A stretch of 48,748 bases of DNA, taken from Nitrospirota bacterium (GTDB taxonomy: Bacteria > Nitrospirota > Thermodesulfovibrionia > Thermodesulfovibrionales > UBA9159). A program made the translations under genes and the position numbers. Below, piece after piece: positions 20,192-30,219 of the stretch; positions within the stretch are counted from its first letter, which is position 1; the number at the start of each line of letters is the position of its first letter. The stretch covers positions 1-48,748 of the forward strand of contig CAVOUE010000001.1 of assembly GCA_963699545.1 (NCBI GenBank), written 5' to 3'. The notes under the pieces are model-generated. The model was not told where the DNA came from and made no database searches. It was given only the letters and a program-made list of their open reading frames with translations.

Positions 20192-20887
20192 TTATCTCTT
20201 CTCACCATGCATCAGTCTCTTTAATTCCTCCTCCCTCAGTGTTGCATCCAGCATAACAAGGGGTGCAGCAACTATATGGGTGGGGACATAGAGGATAAGG
20301 ACAAGGACGAGGGAGAAATGCACAACAAAGAGGAAAGGGAGCGGCACTGACTGGGGGCTGAGGCCCAGGATCCCCAGCACAAAGCCCTTGACCGCCACAA
20401 GGTCTGCCTTAAAGACGGTTCTCAGAAGAATCCCGGTCACGCTCACAAGGAGAAGGAGGATGAGAAGAAAGAAGTTGTATGACGGAAAATACCCTTTTTC
20501 CCCGCTCAACTTGATTGAGAGGATATAGATGAGCGAGAGAGGGAGAAGATAGCCTGCAAATATCCCGAAAGGCTGCAGAAGAGCGACCCATCCCGGCACA
20601 GGATTCAGAAAAAAGACCAGATGTCTGAGCACGACCAGAAAAAAAGTACAGTGAAAGAGCCACTCACCAATCCAGAGCAGGTCATTTGTCCTGAGGAGAC
20701 GTGAGAGAAACAGTATATCGCCAGTAATGTTCAGAACCAGGCGAGGAGTTAAGGGAGGAGGAGGGGGAGCATACCCCCTAATAGTCTTTACTGCCTTCCA
20801 TAGTGTCAGAAGCCTGCCACACAACAAAACAAGAAAAATCCCCAGGACCGCATAGGTGCTCAGGGTCAAAAAAATTCCCATCCTCAC
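20192..20887 (-). CDS. DsrM/NarI-like membrane cytochrome b subunit
   Basis: DILFLSRLLR, WLFHCTFFLVVLRHL (two His 10 residues apart) and VVHFSLVLVLILYVPTH. Confidence 0.8.
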   Translation of the reverse strand: MRMGIFLTLSTYAVLGIFLVLLCGRLLTLWKAVKTIRGYAPPPPPLTPRLVLNITGDILFLSRLLRTNDLLWIGEWLFHCTFFLVVLRHLVFFLNPVPGWVALLQPFGIFAGYLLPLSLIYILSIKLSGEKGYFPSYNFFLLILLLLVSVTGILLRTVFKADLVAVKGFVLGILGLSPQSVPLPFLFVVHFSLVLVLILYVPTHIVAAPLVMLDATLREEELKRLMHGEKR

Positions 20888-20953
20888 CTTGTTATTCTCA
20901 GCTCTTTTTCTCTCTTATCATGTGACGCGGAAGCAGCAGTCGCCTCATATCTC

Positions 20954-21766
20954 CTAGAGGTCCCGCACATGGGTGAACATGCCGTTCATGCTCCTTGACT
21001 TTTCCCTCTCTGCCGCAAGAAACAGAAGGATCTCTTTCCTTATGGCGTTCAGTTCAGTGCTTGTCCTGTCCCGCGGCCGGGGGATATCGACCCTCAATAC
21101 CTTTCCTATCTCAGCAGGCCGCGAGGTGAAACAGATGATCTCGTCACCGAGGAATACCGCTTCTTCAACATTATGGGTGACGAAAATCACTGTCTTTCCC
21201 GTCTTCTCCCATAAATGGAGCAGGGCCACCTGCATATAGTTCCTTGTCTGGCAGTCAAGGGAAACAAAAGGTTCGTCCATGAGCAGGACTTTGGGTTCCA
21301 CCACCAGCGCCATGGCCAGAGCCACCTTCTGCTTCATTCCCCCTGATATCTCTTTCGGGTAGAAGTCCCTGAAGTCATGAAGCTCAACGAGCTCCAGGGC
21401 CGCAAGTGCCTTCTGCCTCCTCTGCTCATGGGGAACCCCTGCCACCTCAAGCCCGAACTCCACGTTCCGAATTACGGTCCTCCATGGAAGGAGCGCCGGC
21501 TCCTGGAAGATATACCCGATCTCCCTCACCGGTGATGTGATTTCCTTATTCCCGAGGAGAACCTTCCCTCTGTCAGGGCTCTCGAGACCCGCGATCATCC
21601 TCAGAAGCGTTGTCTTCCCGCACCCGCTTGGACCGATCACACACACAAATCTTCCTTCAGGGACTGTGAACGATACGTCCCTTATGGCGTCGATCCTTTC
21701 GCCTTCTGTGGGACTGCTGAATGATTTATGGAGGTCAATGACGTTCAGTTCCAAGGCTATCTCCAC
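20954..21766 (-). CDS. SsuB/TauB-like ABC ATP-binding protein
   Basis: GPSGCGKTT, ISGGMKQ, LLMDEPF and VTHN. Confidence 0.93.
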   Translation of the reverse strand: MEIALELNVIDLHKSFSSPTEGERIDAIRDVSFTVPEGRFVCVIGPSGCGKTTLLRMIAGLESPDRGKVLLGNKEITSPVREIGYIFQEPALLPWRTVIRNVEFGLEVAGVPHEQRRQKALAALELVELHDFRDFYPKEISGGMKQKVALAMALVVEPKVLLMDEPFVSLDCQTRNYMQVALLHLWEKTGKTVIFVTHNVEEAVFLGDEIICFTSRPAEIGKVLRVDIPRPRDRTSTELNAIRKEILLFLAAEREKSRSMNGMFTHVRDL

Positions 21767-22543
21767 CTCAGGATCTTATGTTCCATCTTCCTGATGCCAA
21801 AATCCATTGCGTATCCTATCATTCCTATGACAGCCATTCCCGCGATAATCTGGTCAGGCCGCTGGATGTCCCGTGCAGTCATGATCATATACCCGAGTCC
21901 GTACCCGCTCTTTACCCCCGTGAATTCCGCGGCCACAAGGGTCATCCATCCGATACCGAGGGCGATCCTCACTCCGGTAATAATGGAAGGCATGGCTCCG
22001 GGCAGGAGCACCTTGGCAAAGAGCGCTCCTTTCTTTGCGCCAAGAATTATGGACAATTCGATGAGTCTCCTGTTGATGGAGAGGACCCCTCCGATGGTAT
22101 TCAGCAGTATTGGGGAAAAAGGCCCCCAGAAAAATGATGAAGGACGAAGACCTGTCTCCGATGCCGAACCAGAGGATTGCAATAGGAACCCATGCCAGAG
22201 GAGGGATCGGCCTTATCATTTCGACAAAGGGGGTGAGGTAATTCCTTGCCCGTGTCCAGTATCCCATGGCAATGCCCAGAGGCAGGGCGGTGACAATGGC
22301 TATGGCTACGCCGCTCAAGACCCTCTTCAGGCTTGCTGCACAGTGCCCGGCGAGCGTGTAGCCCGGGGGAAGCCCCTGAGTGAGGAGATCCATGAAACCC
22401 AGGATTATATTCACAGGGGAAGGAAGTCTGTTACCGGGGATAACCCCGGAAAAGGACAGCACCTGCCAGATCACCACAACACACAAGATTGGAAGGTATC
22501 TCATAGACTTGCAGACCCGTTGAACAATCTTTTTCCCCCTCAA
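21757..22543 (-). CDS. SsuC/TauC-like ABC permease (frameshift near 22115)
   Basis: RPIPPLAWVPIAILWFG in ORF 21854..22543; LPGAMPSIITGVRIALGIGW..AAEF in ORF 21757..22182. Confidence 0.9.
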
Positions 22544-22576
22544 TCACATTTGAGACAGCTCAAGTCGCTTAAGACA

Positions 22577-23533
22577 TTAGTGGGCGACATCCTTAATCGT
22601 CCTGAGATCAAGGTATTCCCGCGCAAACTCATCCACATTGATTGACTTCACGTACCCGAACTTCAGAAGATATTTCACATACTCCTTAATGTCATCTTCC
22701 TTTGCGAAATAGTGGTACTGGATGTGGCTGATGGCCTCACGCACAGTGGCCTCATCCATTCCGGTATATTTTATGCCTATCCTGAGGGCATCTTCAGGAT
22801 TTTTCTTTATATACGCAGTTGCCTTCACATGGGCCTTCAGAAAGGATTTTACCACCTCAGGGTTCTCTTTATAAAAGCTCTCATCAACTACCACGACGCA
22901 GCAGGGATGGTCCTTCCATATCATGGGTGATGAAATGAGGACCCTCCCGATTCCCATGGTGACCGCCTTTGACGGATGGGGTTCCCATGCGATAAAGGCA
23001 TCGATCTGTTTTGCATTGAGCGCCACAATCATCTCCGGGGGCTTTATCACGATGATGTTCACCCTCTTTGGGTCTACGCCCGCTGCTTCCAGGGCCTTTC
23101 TCAGGAGAAAATCCTGGACACTTGAATATCCCGGAATGGCAACGGTCTTCCCCGCGAGGTCTTTTACCTCTCTTACCGCTGAATCCTTCCTCACCACCAC
23201 CGCAGACCCTTCCGCATTTGCCAGGGCCACTGCCCTGATGCGGGCTGACCTGTTTGCAAGCCCGGTGGCACTGGGCGCAACACCGAGATACCCCATGTCC
23301 AGACTCTTGGAAGCAAAGGCGGTCATCTCTTCAGGACCGGCGTTGAATATGCCGGCAATTTCAACATTGACCCCTTCTTCCCTGAAAAACCCCTTGTCCA
23401 TGGCGACCCAGGCAGCAAGGTGATGGAGGTCGTTCCTCAGATACCCGAGGCGGACTTCCCTGGGAGCGGCCATGGAAACGAGCGCGCTCAGAAGGACCAT
23501 GACAAATAATGCCACCACCACAATCTTTTTCAT
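22577..23533 (-). CDS. SsuA-like substrate-binding protein
   Basis: Sec signal peptide; VRLGYL..LHH, DLAGKTVAIP, AWEPHP and WKDHPCC. Confidence 0.92.
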   Translation of the reverse strand: MKKIVVVALFVMVLLSALVSMAAPREVRLGYLRNDLHHLAAWVAMDKGFFREEGVNVEIAGIFNAGPEEMTAFASKSLDMGYLGVAPSATGLANRSARIRAVALANAEGSAVVVRKDSAVREVKDLAGKTVAIPGYSSVQDFLLRKALEAAGVDPKRVNIIVIKPPEMIVALNAKQIDAFIAWEPHPSKAVTMGIGRVLISSPMIWKDHPCCVVVVDESFYKENPEVVKSFLKAHVKATAYIKKNPEDALRIGIKYTGMDEATVREAISHIQYHYFAKEDDIKEYVKYLLKFGYVKSINVDEFAREYLDLRTIKDVAH

Positions 23534-23596
23534 CCATACCTCCTCAAGGTCAATTCACGGGTTCTGCGGAGTATGCATTCTTGGGCAGAAGATGGG

Positions 23597-23929
23597 CTAT
23601 GTGTCCGAGCCCTTCTCCGTCTTCACAAATGTGATGCTCACGTCCCTGGGGATGTTCAGCCCTGCTTCCACTTCAAGGGCTTTGAGGATCCCCGAAGGCA
23701 CAGGGCAGGCGACGTGTCTCAGGCACGTCGCCCCCTTTTTGTATACCGGGTTGTCCTGAAACCTCTTGAACGCGTCCATCATGGTGAGCTCAGGGATCTC
23801 CTTCCCCAGCTTTTCCGCCATCTCGCATTCCGTCGTTATCCTCACTGAGAAGATCTTCCCTTCTTTCTTCTCAACCTCAACAGTGACCGGCATTCCGCAT
23901 GCCCCGGGGTTTATTATCACCTTTGTCAT
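23597..23929 (-). CDS. Small Cys-rich protein (DUF6951-like)
   Basis: PGACG, TECE and CLRHVACPVPSGILKALEVEAGL; family recognised from memory. Confidence 0.7.
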   Translation of the reverse strand: MTKVIINPGACGMPVTVEVEKKEGKIFSVRITTECEMAEKLGKEIPELTMMDAFKRFQDNPVYKKGATCLRHVACPVPSGILKALEVEAGLNIPRDVSITFVKTEKGSDT

Positions 23930-23948
23930 AACGATACGGGTTTTCCTC

Positions 23949-25940
23949 TCACCCCTTTATGCTCGATGCGATGGGCGCCTTCTGCTCTTCCAGCATCGCC
24001 TTGAGATTTGGGTATTTGTCCTTCATGTGAGGAATATGCATGGCCTGCATGAACTCCTTCTCAAAAGCCGGCTCTGTCGCGATCTCCACAAACTGCACCC
24101 ACCGCGCACGCTCGTCCGCCTCGCGACGTTTATCCTTATTGATGAGCGCCATTATTGCGCCATCTCCCGCAGCGTTTCCGACAACAATGACCTTATCGAT
24201 GGGCACATCGGGGAACATGCCGAGGGTCAGGGAGGCCTCCCTGTCTATATGGCTGCCGAATGCACCGGCAAGTTCGACCCTGTCGAGCTTTGTGACCCCC
24301 ATCTTCTGCATCATCAATTTCGCTCCGGTATAAAGAGCTCCCTTCGCGAGCTGGAGCGCGCGGACATCTCCCTGAGTCACGGTGATATCGGCATTAATAG
24401 ATGTTTCTTCGGCCCATGCGAGGACGTACTCAGGTTTTCCGTCAACACCCGATCTCACCCTGGTTGTCCCCAGATTCATCACGAATTTGCCACTCTTGTC
24501 TATGATGCCCGCTTTAAACATCTCGGCAATGACATCGATAATCCCTGAACCGCAGATACCCTTGGCGTTGATCTTGCCTTCGATGTGGGTATGCCAGTCT
24601 GCCTTTCCGATTACCTTATACTGTGGTTCCCTCGTCTCCGCATCGATCTTCACCTTTTCAATTGCGCCCGGTGCCGCCCTCATTCCGAATTTAATCTGGG
24701 CTCCTTCAAAGGCTGGCCCCGTCGCACAGGAAGTGGAGCAGACCCTGTCCTTGTTTCCGAGGAGCAGTTCACCGTTTGTCCCGATATCGATGACAAGCAC
24801 CATCTCATCCTGAAAATACTGTTCCTGGGCTATAAGAACTCCCACATTGTCTGCGCCGACGAAACCGGCTTCGATCGGCAGTACATGGATGTAACCGGCA
24901 GGATTGATCTTCAGACCGAGGTCACTCGCTTTTATATTCAGGGAACGCTGAACAGCGGGGATAAAGGGGGAACGGCCGATGTAGACCGGATTTAATCCGA
25001 GGAAGATGTGATGCATGGCCGTATTGAAAACGATGGTGAGATCATCGATTTCATATCCCGGGTGAGGACCGTCTTTCTTGATTTCATTCACGACCTTTTC
25101 GATGATCTCGTTCAGTCCGGAGATTATGGCGTTCTGCATCGTTTCAAGGCCGTCGGGATTCGATCATTGCATAGGTTATGCGGGACATGACGTCTTCGCC
25201 GTAGGGGACCTGGGGGTTCATCATGGATTCTGTGTTGATCACCTTTCCGGTGCTGAGGTCGCAGAGGTAGCCGACGCAGGTAGTGGTCCCGATGTCGACG
25301 GCAAGGCCGTAACATACGTCTACATGGCCGGGCTCCACCTTTATGATCTCCCTGTCCATCCATATGGTGAAGGTCGCTGTCCATTCCCCTCCCGCAGGGC
25401 ATCCTGGAGTGTCCTCAGTGCAAAGAAATCAAAGGTAAGGTCCCTGAGGCCGTAGTCTTCTTCAAGCGCCTTGACCACCCGCTCGTAGTCACCGGTGGTC
25501 ATGTCGTGGAGTTTCGGAGCGGTAAATGTAAGGGTATATTTCTTTACCGCAGGATCGAGGGCTATCGAAATCTCCCTTGCGACCTTGCGGACTACCTGTT
25601 TGCCTGCCCTCGAACGCTCCGGGACAAAGATCTTCAGGTCGCCCCGTATTTCGCATGAGCAGGCGAGCCTTATGCCCGGTCCGTCTTCGGGTTTTATATG
25701 TTTCAATTCGTCTTCTGAGGGAAGGGGAGGGAAGATATGGGACATACTCGACTCCAAATTGTCTTTTTCGGAGTAGCCCTCCTCAATTCTCACCTTGCAT
25801 TTTCCACAGACCTTCTTGTTGCCACAGAGCGCCTCAAGGTCCACACCGAGGGCCTGGGCAGCCTCGAGGATGGTTTTCCCTTCCTCGATCTCTCCCCGCC
25901 TGCCCGCAGGCTGAAAAATCACTTTGTGTGTATTAGCCAT
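23949..25940 (-). CDS. Corrinoid protein reductive activase (RamA/RACo, ASKHA/DUF4445) with N-terminal 2Fe-2S domain (2 frameshifts)
   Basis: CGNKKVCGKC..RLAC in ORF 25341..25979; AVDIGTTT and NPQVPYGEDVMSRI in ORF 25144..25359; GFVGAD, IDIGTNGE, CATGPAFEG, GICGSG, LAGAFG and GNAA in ORF 23949..25139. Confidence 0.92.
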
Positions 25941-26101
25941 GAATCCATCCTCCTTAATTTCTTGATGTACGTTTGGCAACTTGAATTCACCAGGGAGTAA
26001 ACAGAATCGAGAAGCGAACAGAGAATACTACACAGCCTTTTCTTATTCTCTTCTATGGATGTTCTCTTCAGTCCTCTATCACCCTGCTTACTGCATGCTG
26101 C

Positions 26102-26752
26102 CTACTTCACGTTGCCTCTCGTGCGTCCGTTTCTGGAAAAGGGACAGATCGTTACGCAGAGCCCGCAGTTGGGCTTTTCCTCAAAGAGGCGCCTCTCCTT
26201 CTTCAGGGTCCTGCACTTTTCATAATGTACGATCTTCCTGAGCGGCTCTCCCCGGGACCATGGCCTACCCGTAAAAGCCCCTGAGGGACAGTGTTTCACG
26301 CAGAGATCACATTCCCCGCACTGTGATTCGCTCACGGGAGTGTCAGGCACCAGGGGCGCATTGGTAAGGACAGTTGCCCATGAGAGCTTTGAACCGTACC
26401 GTTTATTGATGAGCAGCCCGTTCTTCCCGATCCACCCGAGTCCGGCGCATGTCGCGGTAGTCTTATGGCACACGAGGTGGTAAAGCTTGGCGATATACTT
26501 GTCATCTATCCTGTCAGAGTCGGGGGGGATGGACAAGCTTCTGAAGCCCTTTCCCTTAAGCCACCTCTCTGCCAGCTGCTGGAGTCTCTTAAGGAGCTCA
26601 ACAGTGTCCCTGTTCAGACCCCTGTTGACGGCAAGGGCGATCCCCCTGTTCAGGTGGACGATCTCTTGCGAGAGGGCTTCCGTGATATCACCCACACCCA
26701 CAAGGGTCGCGCCCTCCCTCTTTAACTGCTCTTTCAGTGATGAGGCATTCAA
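26102..26752 (-). CDS. Epoxyqueuosine reductase (QueG)/RDase-like Fe-S protein
   Basis: HKTTATCAGLGWIGKNGLLI..YGS, CGECDLCVKHCP and CGLCVTICP. Confidence 0.8.
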   Translation of the reverse strand: MNASSLKEQLKREGATLVGVGDITEALSQEIVHLNRGIALAVNRGLNRDTVELLKRLQQLAERWLKGKGFRSLSIPPDSDRIDDKYIAKLYHLVCHKTTATCAGLGWIGKNGLLINKRYGSKLSWATVLTNAPLVPDTPVSESQCGECDLCVKHCPSGAFTGRPWSRGEPLRKIVHYEKCRTLKKERRLFEEKPNCGLCVTICPFSRNGRTRGNVK

Positions 26753-26760
26753 TGGTGCGC

Positions 26761-27446
26761 TTACTTTTTCCCGGCCTTTTCGTCCCTCAATTTCTTGAGG
26801 AAGCTCACCATCTTGATCGCCTCCTTGAGGGCATTGCTCGCATCTTCGGCATACCCGTCAGCACCCCATTTGTCCGCGAGCTCCTTGGAGGTCGGAGCGC
26901 CTCCGATCATGATCATGCAGTTGGGGTTCTTCGCCTTTATCTTTTCGATGACCTTCGGCATGCCGACCATGGAGGTGGTCATCATTGCGGACAGACAGAC
27001 AAGCTCAGAATCTGTCCTCAGCTGCTCGTCGACGAACTTGTCCAGGGGAACGTCCCTGCCGAGGTCATACACCGTAAACCCGGCAACATCGAACATCATC
27101 TTCACGAGGTTCTTGCCGATGTCGTGAACATCTCCTTCGACTGTCCCGATAACGACGGAGCCCTTCACCCCCAGGTCCATCTGCTGGCAGTGGGGCTTGA
27201 GGATCTCGAGCCCGGCGTAGAGGGCATCGGCGCACATCAGGATCTCGGGGACGAAATATTCCTGCGCCTCGAAGAGGCGTCCGACCTCTTCCATCCCGGC
27301 CACGAGTCCGTCGAAAATCGCCTCATTGGCGTCGAGGCCCGCATCCAGAGCCTCCTGTGCGCCTTCTTTGCATGCGTCCTCGTCGTACTGAATTACGGAA
27401 TTTTTCAGTTTGTCAAGATCTCTTTCTTCTTCGCTTCGTCAGCCAT
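26761..27446 (-). CDS. Corrinoid (cobalamin-binding) methyl-carrier protein, MtaC/MttC-like (frameshift near 27410)
   Basis: GTVEGDVHDIGKNLV (DxHxxG), LSAMMTT, IGGA and GADGY. N-terminal cap domain MADEAKKKE..YDEDACKE starts in a TAATG overlap. Confidence 0.93.
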
Positions 27447-28471
27447 TATTTTTTACCTCCATATTTTTTTATTTCTTCCATCATCGCGATCATGTTCTGG
27501 GGCGGCACAGTCGGCCAAATGTCGCAGCCCGGCCAGACCGCGCTGACGCCGTCGTCGATGCACTTCCTCATCGTGGTGCTCACGAGATTCTCTTCGCCAG
27601 ATACGAGGACGTTGTACGGGTCGTAGTTGCCGAAGATGAGGGCATCCTTTCCCAGCTTCTTTCTCGATTCTGCAACGTCGTTCTTCTGTTCGACGCTGAT
27701 GGCCGTGGGCCCGGCCTCCATCATAAAGGTGACGATATCGTTCGTCTTTCCACATATATGGAGCACCGAATTGATCTTTATTTCACTGATCACTTTCTTA
27801 AGTGGCGGCATGATGAGGTTTTTGAAGACCCGCGGGCTCAGGACGTCGCTGGTGGCACCCATCTCCCTTACGGTTATATAGTCGGCGCCCGCCTTTTCAT
27901 ATTCTTTTGCGACGATGATAATGGCGTCCGCCATCACGTCAAGGAGTTTAGCCACCTTGTCGGCCTTCTTGAACGAGAGCTTCAGCAGGTCATTCAACTC
28001 CATTATCTGGCCGGCGAGGGTAAAGGGACCGAGGACATACGACCCTATTGCCACGTCGTTGCCGATATCGGCCTTCAGAAGCCTTATCGCCTCTCTCAGA
28101 AGGGGGACCCTGCCCCGGGAGGCGAGATCTGCGGGTAGTGAGATGTCCATCTCGTCCTCGTTGTGGATCAGCTTTTTCTTAATCGTCGGGTAGAGTATGC
28201 CTTCCGCATGGGGATACACATTGATCACGCATCCCATAGCCTCGGCCTCGACGCAGAGGTCAACGGGGACGACCCCGCATTCAAAGCCGAAGAGCTTGTA
28301 GGTAGAAGCCGCGGTTTCCGCCATCTGCTTTGCGTCAAGATGGATGCCGGCAAATCGGTAGCCGAGCTTGTTGATACCGGTTTCGGTGACGTTCCCCATG
28401 CCGCTGAAACAGGGGACCCTGTCGATCGCCTCCTTTTTGAACAACTTGATGACTCTCTCTCGTGAGTTCAT
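27446..28471 (-). CDS. MtaA/CmuA-family (UroD-fold) methylcobalamin:thiol methyltransferase 1
   Basis: DLCVEAEAMG, GPFTLA and Zn motif LHICG...PGCD. AAGGAG RBS before MNSRERV at 28471. Confidence 0.9.
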   Translation of the reverse strand: MNSRERVIKLFKKEAIDRVPCFSGMGNVTETGINKLGYRFAGIHLDAKQMAETAASTYKLFGFECGVVPVDLCVEAEAMGCVINVYPHAEGILYPTIKKKLIHNEDEMDISLPADLASRGRVPLLREAIRLLKADIGNDVAIGSYVLGPFTLAGQIMELNDLLKLSFKKADKVAKLLDVMADAIIIVAKEYEKAGADYITVREMGATSDVLSPRVFKNLIMPPLKKVISEIKINSVLHICGKTNDIVTFMMEAGPTAISVEQKNDVAESRKKLGKDALIFGNYDPYNVLVSGEENLVSTTMRKCIDDGVSAVWPGCDIWPTVPPQNMIAMMEEIKKYGGKK

Positions 28472-28502
28472 TAACTTGAATTCTCCTTTCTCTATCATAT
28501 CG

Positions 28503-29463
28503 TTATTTTCCTTTTTTTCTTCCGATCCGCCTTCCTGGATTTTGGTGATGAAATCGCCGAAATACTTCCGTAGCGGCAGCTCCGGGTTGTCGAAGATGAC
28601 GCCGGTTTCGTCGAAGACGAGCGTCGAAAGAAGCATATGCGCACTCGCAACCGCGGGGAAGACCCTCGGGGCCGTGACGGCCGGACCGCAGAAGTTGAAG
28701 TCCGACCAGAGTGCGGACGACATGCCCTGGACCACCGCGTCCATGGCCTTGAAGCCGTCGAGTCCCCAGATCGCCTTTATCTCCTTCCACATATGTGTCC
28801 CGTTCGAATATGCCCCGCCGCAGGGAAACCCGTGCTTCTCCTTTATCATCCTGTTTGCGACGAGGGAAAACGAGGTCGACGGCAGGTTCATCACCGAGGT
28901 GTCGACGATAATGGTAGCGAAACCGTCCGCACCCTGCGCCAAGGATCGATTCAAGGGATTTCACCCTTCCGGCAGGGGACTGGTCCTGGTCGTCAAACGC
29001 CTGTATCACAACATGTCTTGATCCCGAGGTCTTTCAGCCGTTGAATCTGTCCTTTGATGTCCTTGTCCCACGGTGTTATGCTGTTGTATAGGAATTTGTT
29101 CTGTACCCCCAGCTTTGATACATATTCAGTGGCCTTCGCCCTCTGTTCTGCCACCCACATGTCGATGCCGAAGGGCATGTCCGTTGTCTCGAGGTAAAAG
29201 TCTATATATATCTTGGCCTCTTCCGGTGAATTAGCCACCATGGCCACCATACCGGGAACGCCGGTCACCTTGGAAAGTTCCTCCTGCTTGCGGATGATTT
29301 CCTTTGCCCTCTGACGGTCGAAATTACCCTTGCGGTCCTGCACGATCTGGTCCTTGTTGTGGAACATGGAGGAGATCATGAGGGGCGGATTCTCGCCCGG
29401 CTGGCCGCCTACCTTTATGCCGTTAAAGTCAAAAACCTTCTGTTCTTTCTTAAATGTGAACAT
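28503..29463 (-). CDS. MtrH-like (MtgA/CmuB-type) methylcorrinoid:pterin methyltransferase (frameshifted)
   Basis: MFTFKKEQKVFDFNGIKVGGQPGENPP, LYNSI, IIVDTSV, IKEKHGFPCGGAYSN and DFNFCGP..VFPAVA across ORFs 28993..29463, 28503..29009 and the 5' part of 27446..28954. Confidence 0.88.
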
Positions 29464-29618
29464 AGCGCTCCTTTTTCGAAAATTGTGGTAAACTAAGATA
29501 TCGTTTCACTTACGGGCAGTCCTTATTCGCAGGAATAGGCTGCCCTCTTTTTGACGCGGCCATCGCTGCCCCATTGCGTAATGATAGGTGATCGCGCGGA
29601 GCGGGTTGATTCGTTGCT

Positions 29619-30063
29619 CTAGAACACACCGTGATCGAACTTCGGCTGCGGCAGGTATTCCCACTTCTCGCCTTTTCTGTACTTTGCCTCGATATCAAGG
29701 CACTTGAGGGCGTATTCGAACGCGTAGGGGATGCCCGGGCCGCCCGGCACAAAACCCGCCAGGATCATTCCGACTGATGCGGCCTCGAATATCTCGCCTG
29801 TGGTCGCGCCCGCGTTGATGGCGGGGATCACATGAATGATGCATCTTGGTGAGCAGTAGCCGACACCGCCCGACATGAACATCAGTTCCTTGACTTTCTT
29901 CGACAGCGCACCGTCGCCGAAGATACTCGCATAGAAATCAGCGAAGGTCCTTCCCGGGTTCAGGGGTGACCGTGTTGATTATCTGGAACATCCTCGGCAC
30001 GAAACCGCACTGTTTCTTCATGTACTCGTTCACTTCTTCTGCAGTCATCTTTTTCTCTGCCAT
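29619..30063 (-). CDS. Carboxymuconolactone decarboxylase/AhpD-family protein (frameshift near 29950)
   Basis: MAEKKMT..GFVPRMF, then GALSKKVKELM..CSPRCIIH..AGATTGEIFEA; GGAGG RBS before 30063. Confidence 0.85.
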
Positions 30064-30219
30064 CTTTGTCTCCTCCCTGACATTTGTTTTCCGGCCTCAT
30101 GGCCAGAAGCTGCTTGATAAAATCAAAAAATCCCATTTGCACCTCCCCTTTTTAAGGGTTTCTTTCCTTCTCCCTTGCTGCTGCGCCCTCACCTCCCTTC
30201 CCGCGACGCTCTCTTGCGT

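Noticed and set aside
27446-28954. Apparent MtrH-MtaA fusion (502-aa ORF)
   Set aside because: An internal AAGGAG RBS precedes MNSRERV at 28471, and a stop at 28503 lies in the adjacent frame after an A-run. An indel artefact is more likely.
29464-29618. Cobalamin riboswitch upstream of the MtrH-like gene
   Set aside because: Only one hairpin (GGGCAG..TATTC/GAATAGGCTGCCC) is visible and the conserved B12-box elements are not recognisable. An Rfam scan would settle it.
8447-29960. Selenocysteine or pyrrolysine read-through at premature stops (8447, 11392, 13429, ~27407, ~29938)
   Set aside because: In each case homology resumes in a different frame, so these are frameshifts rather than recoded codons.
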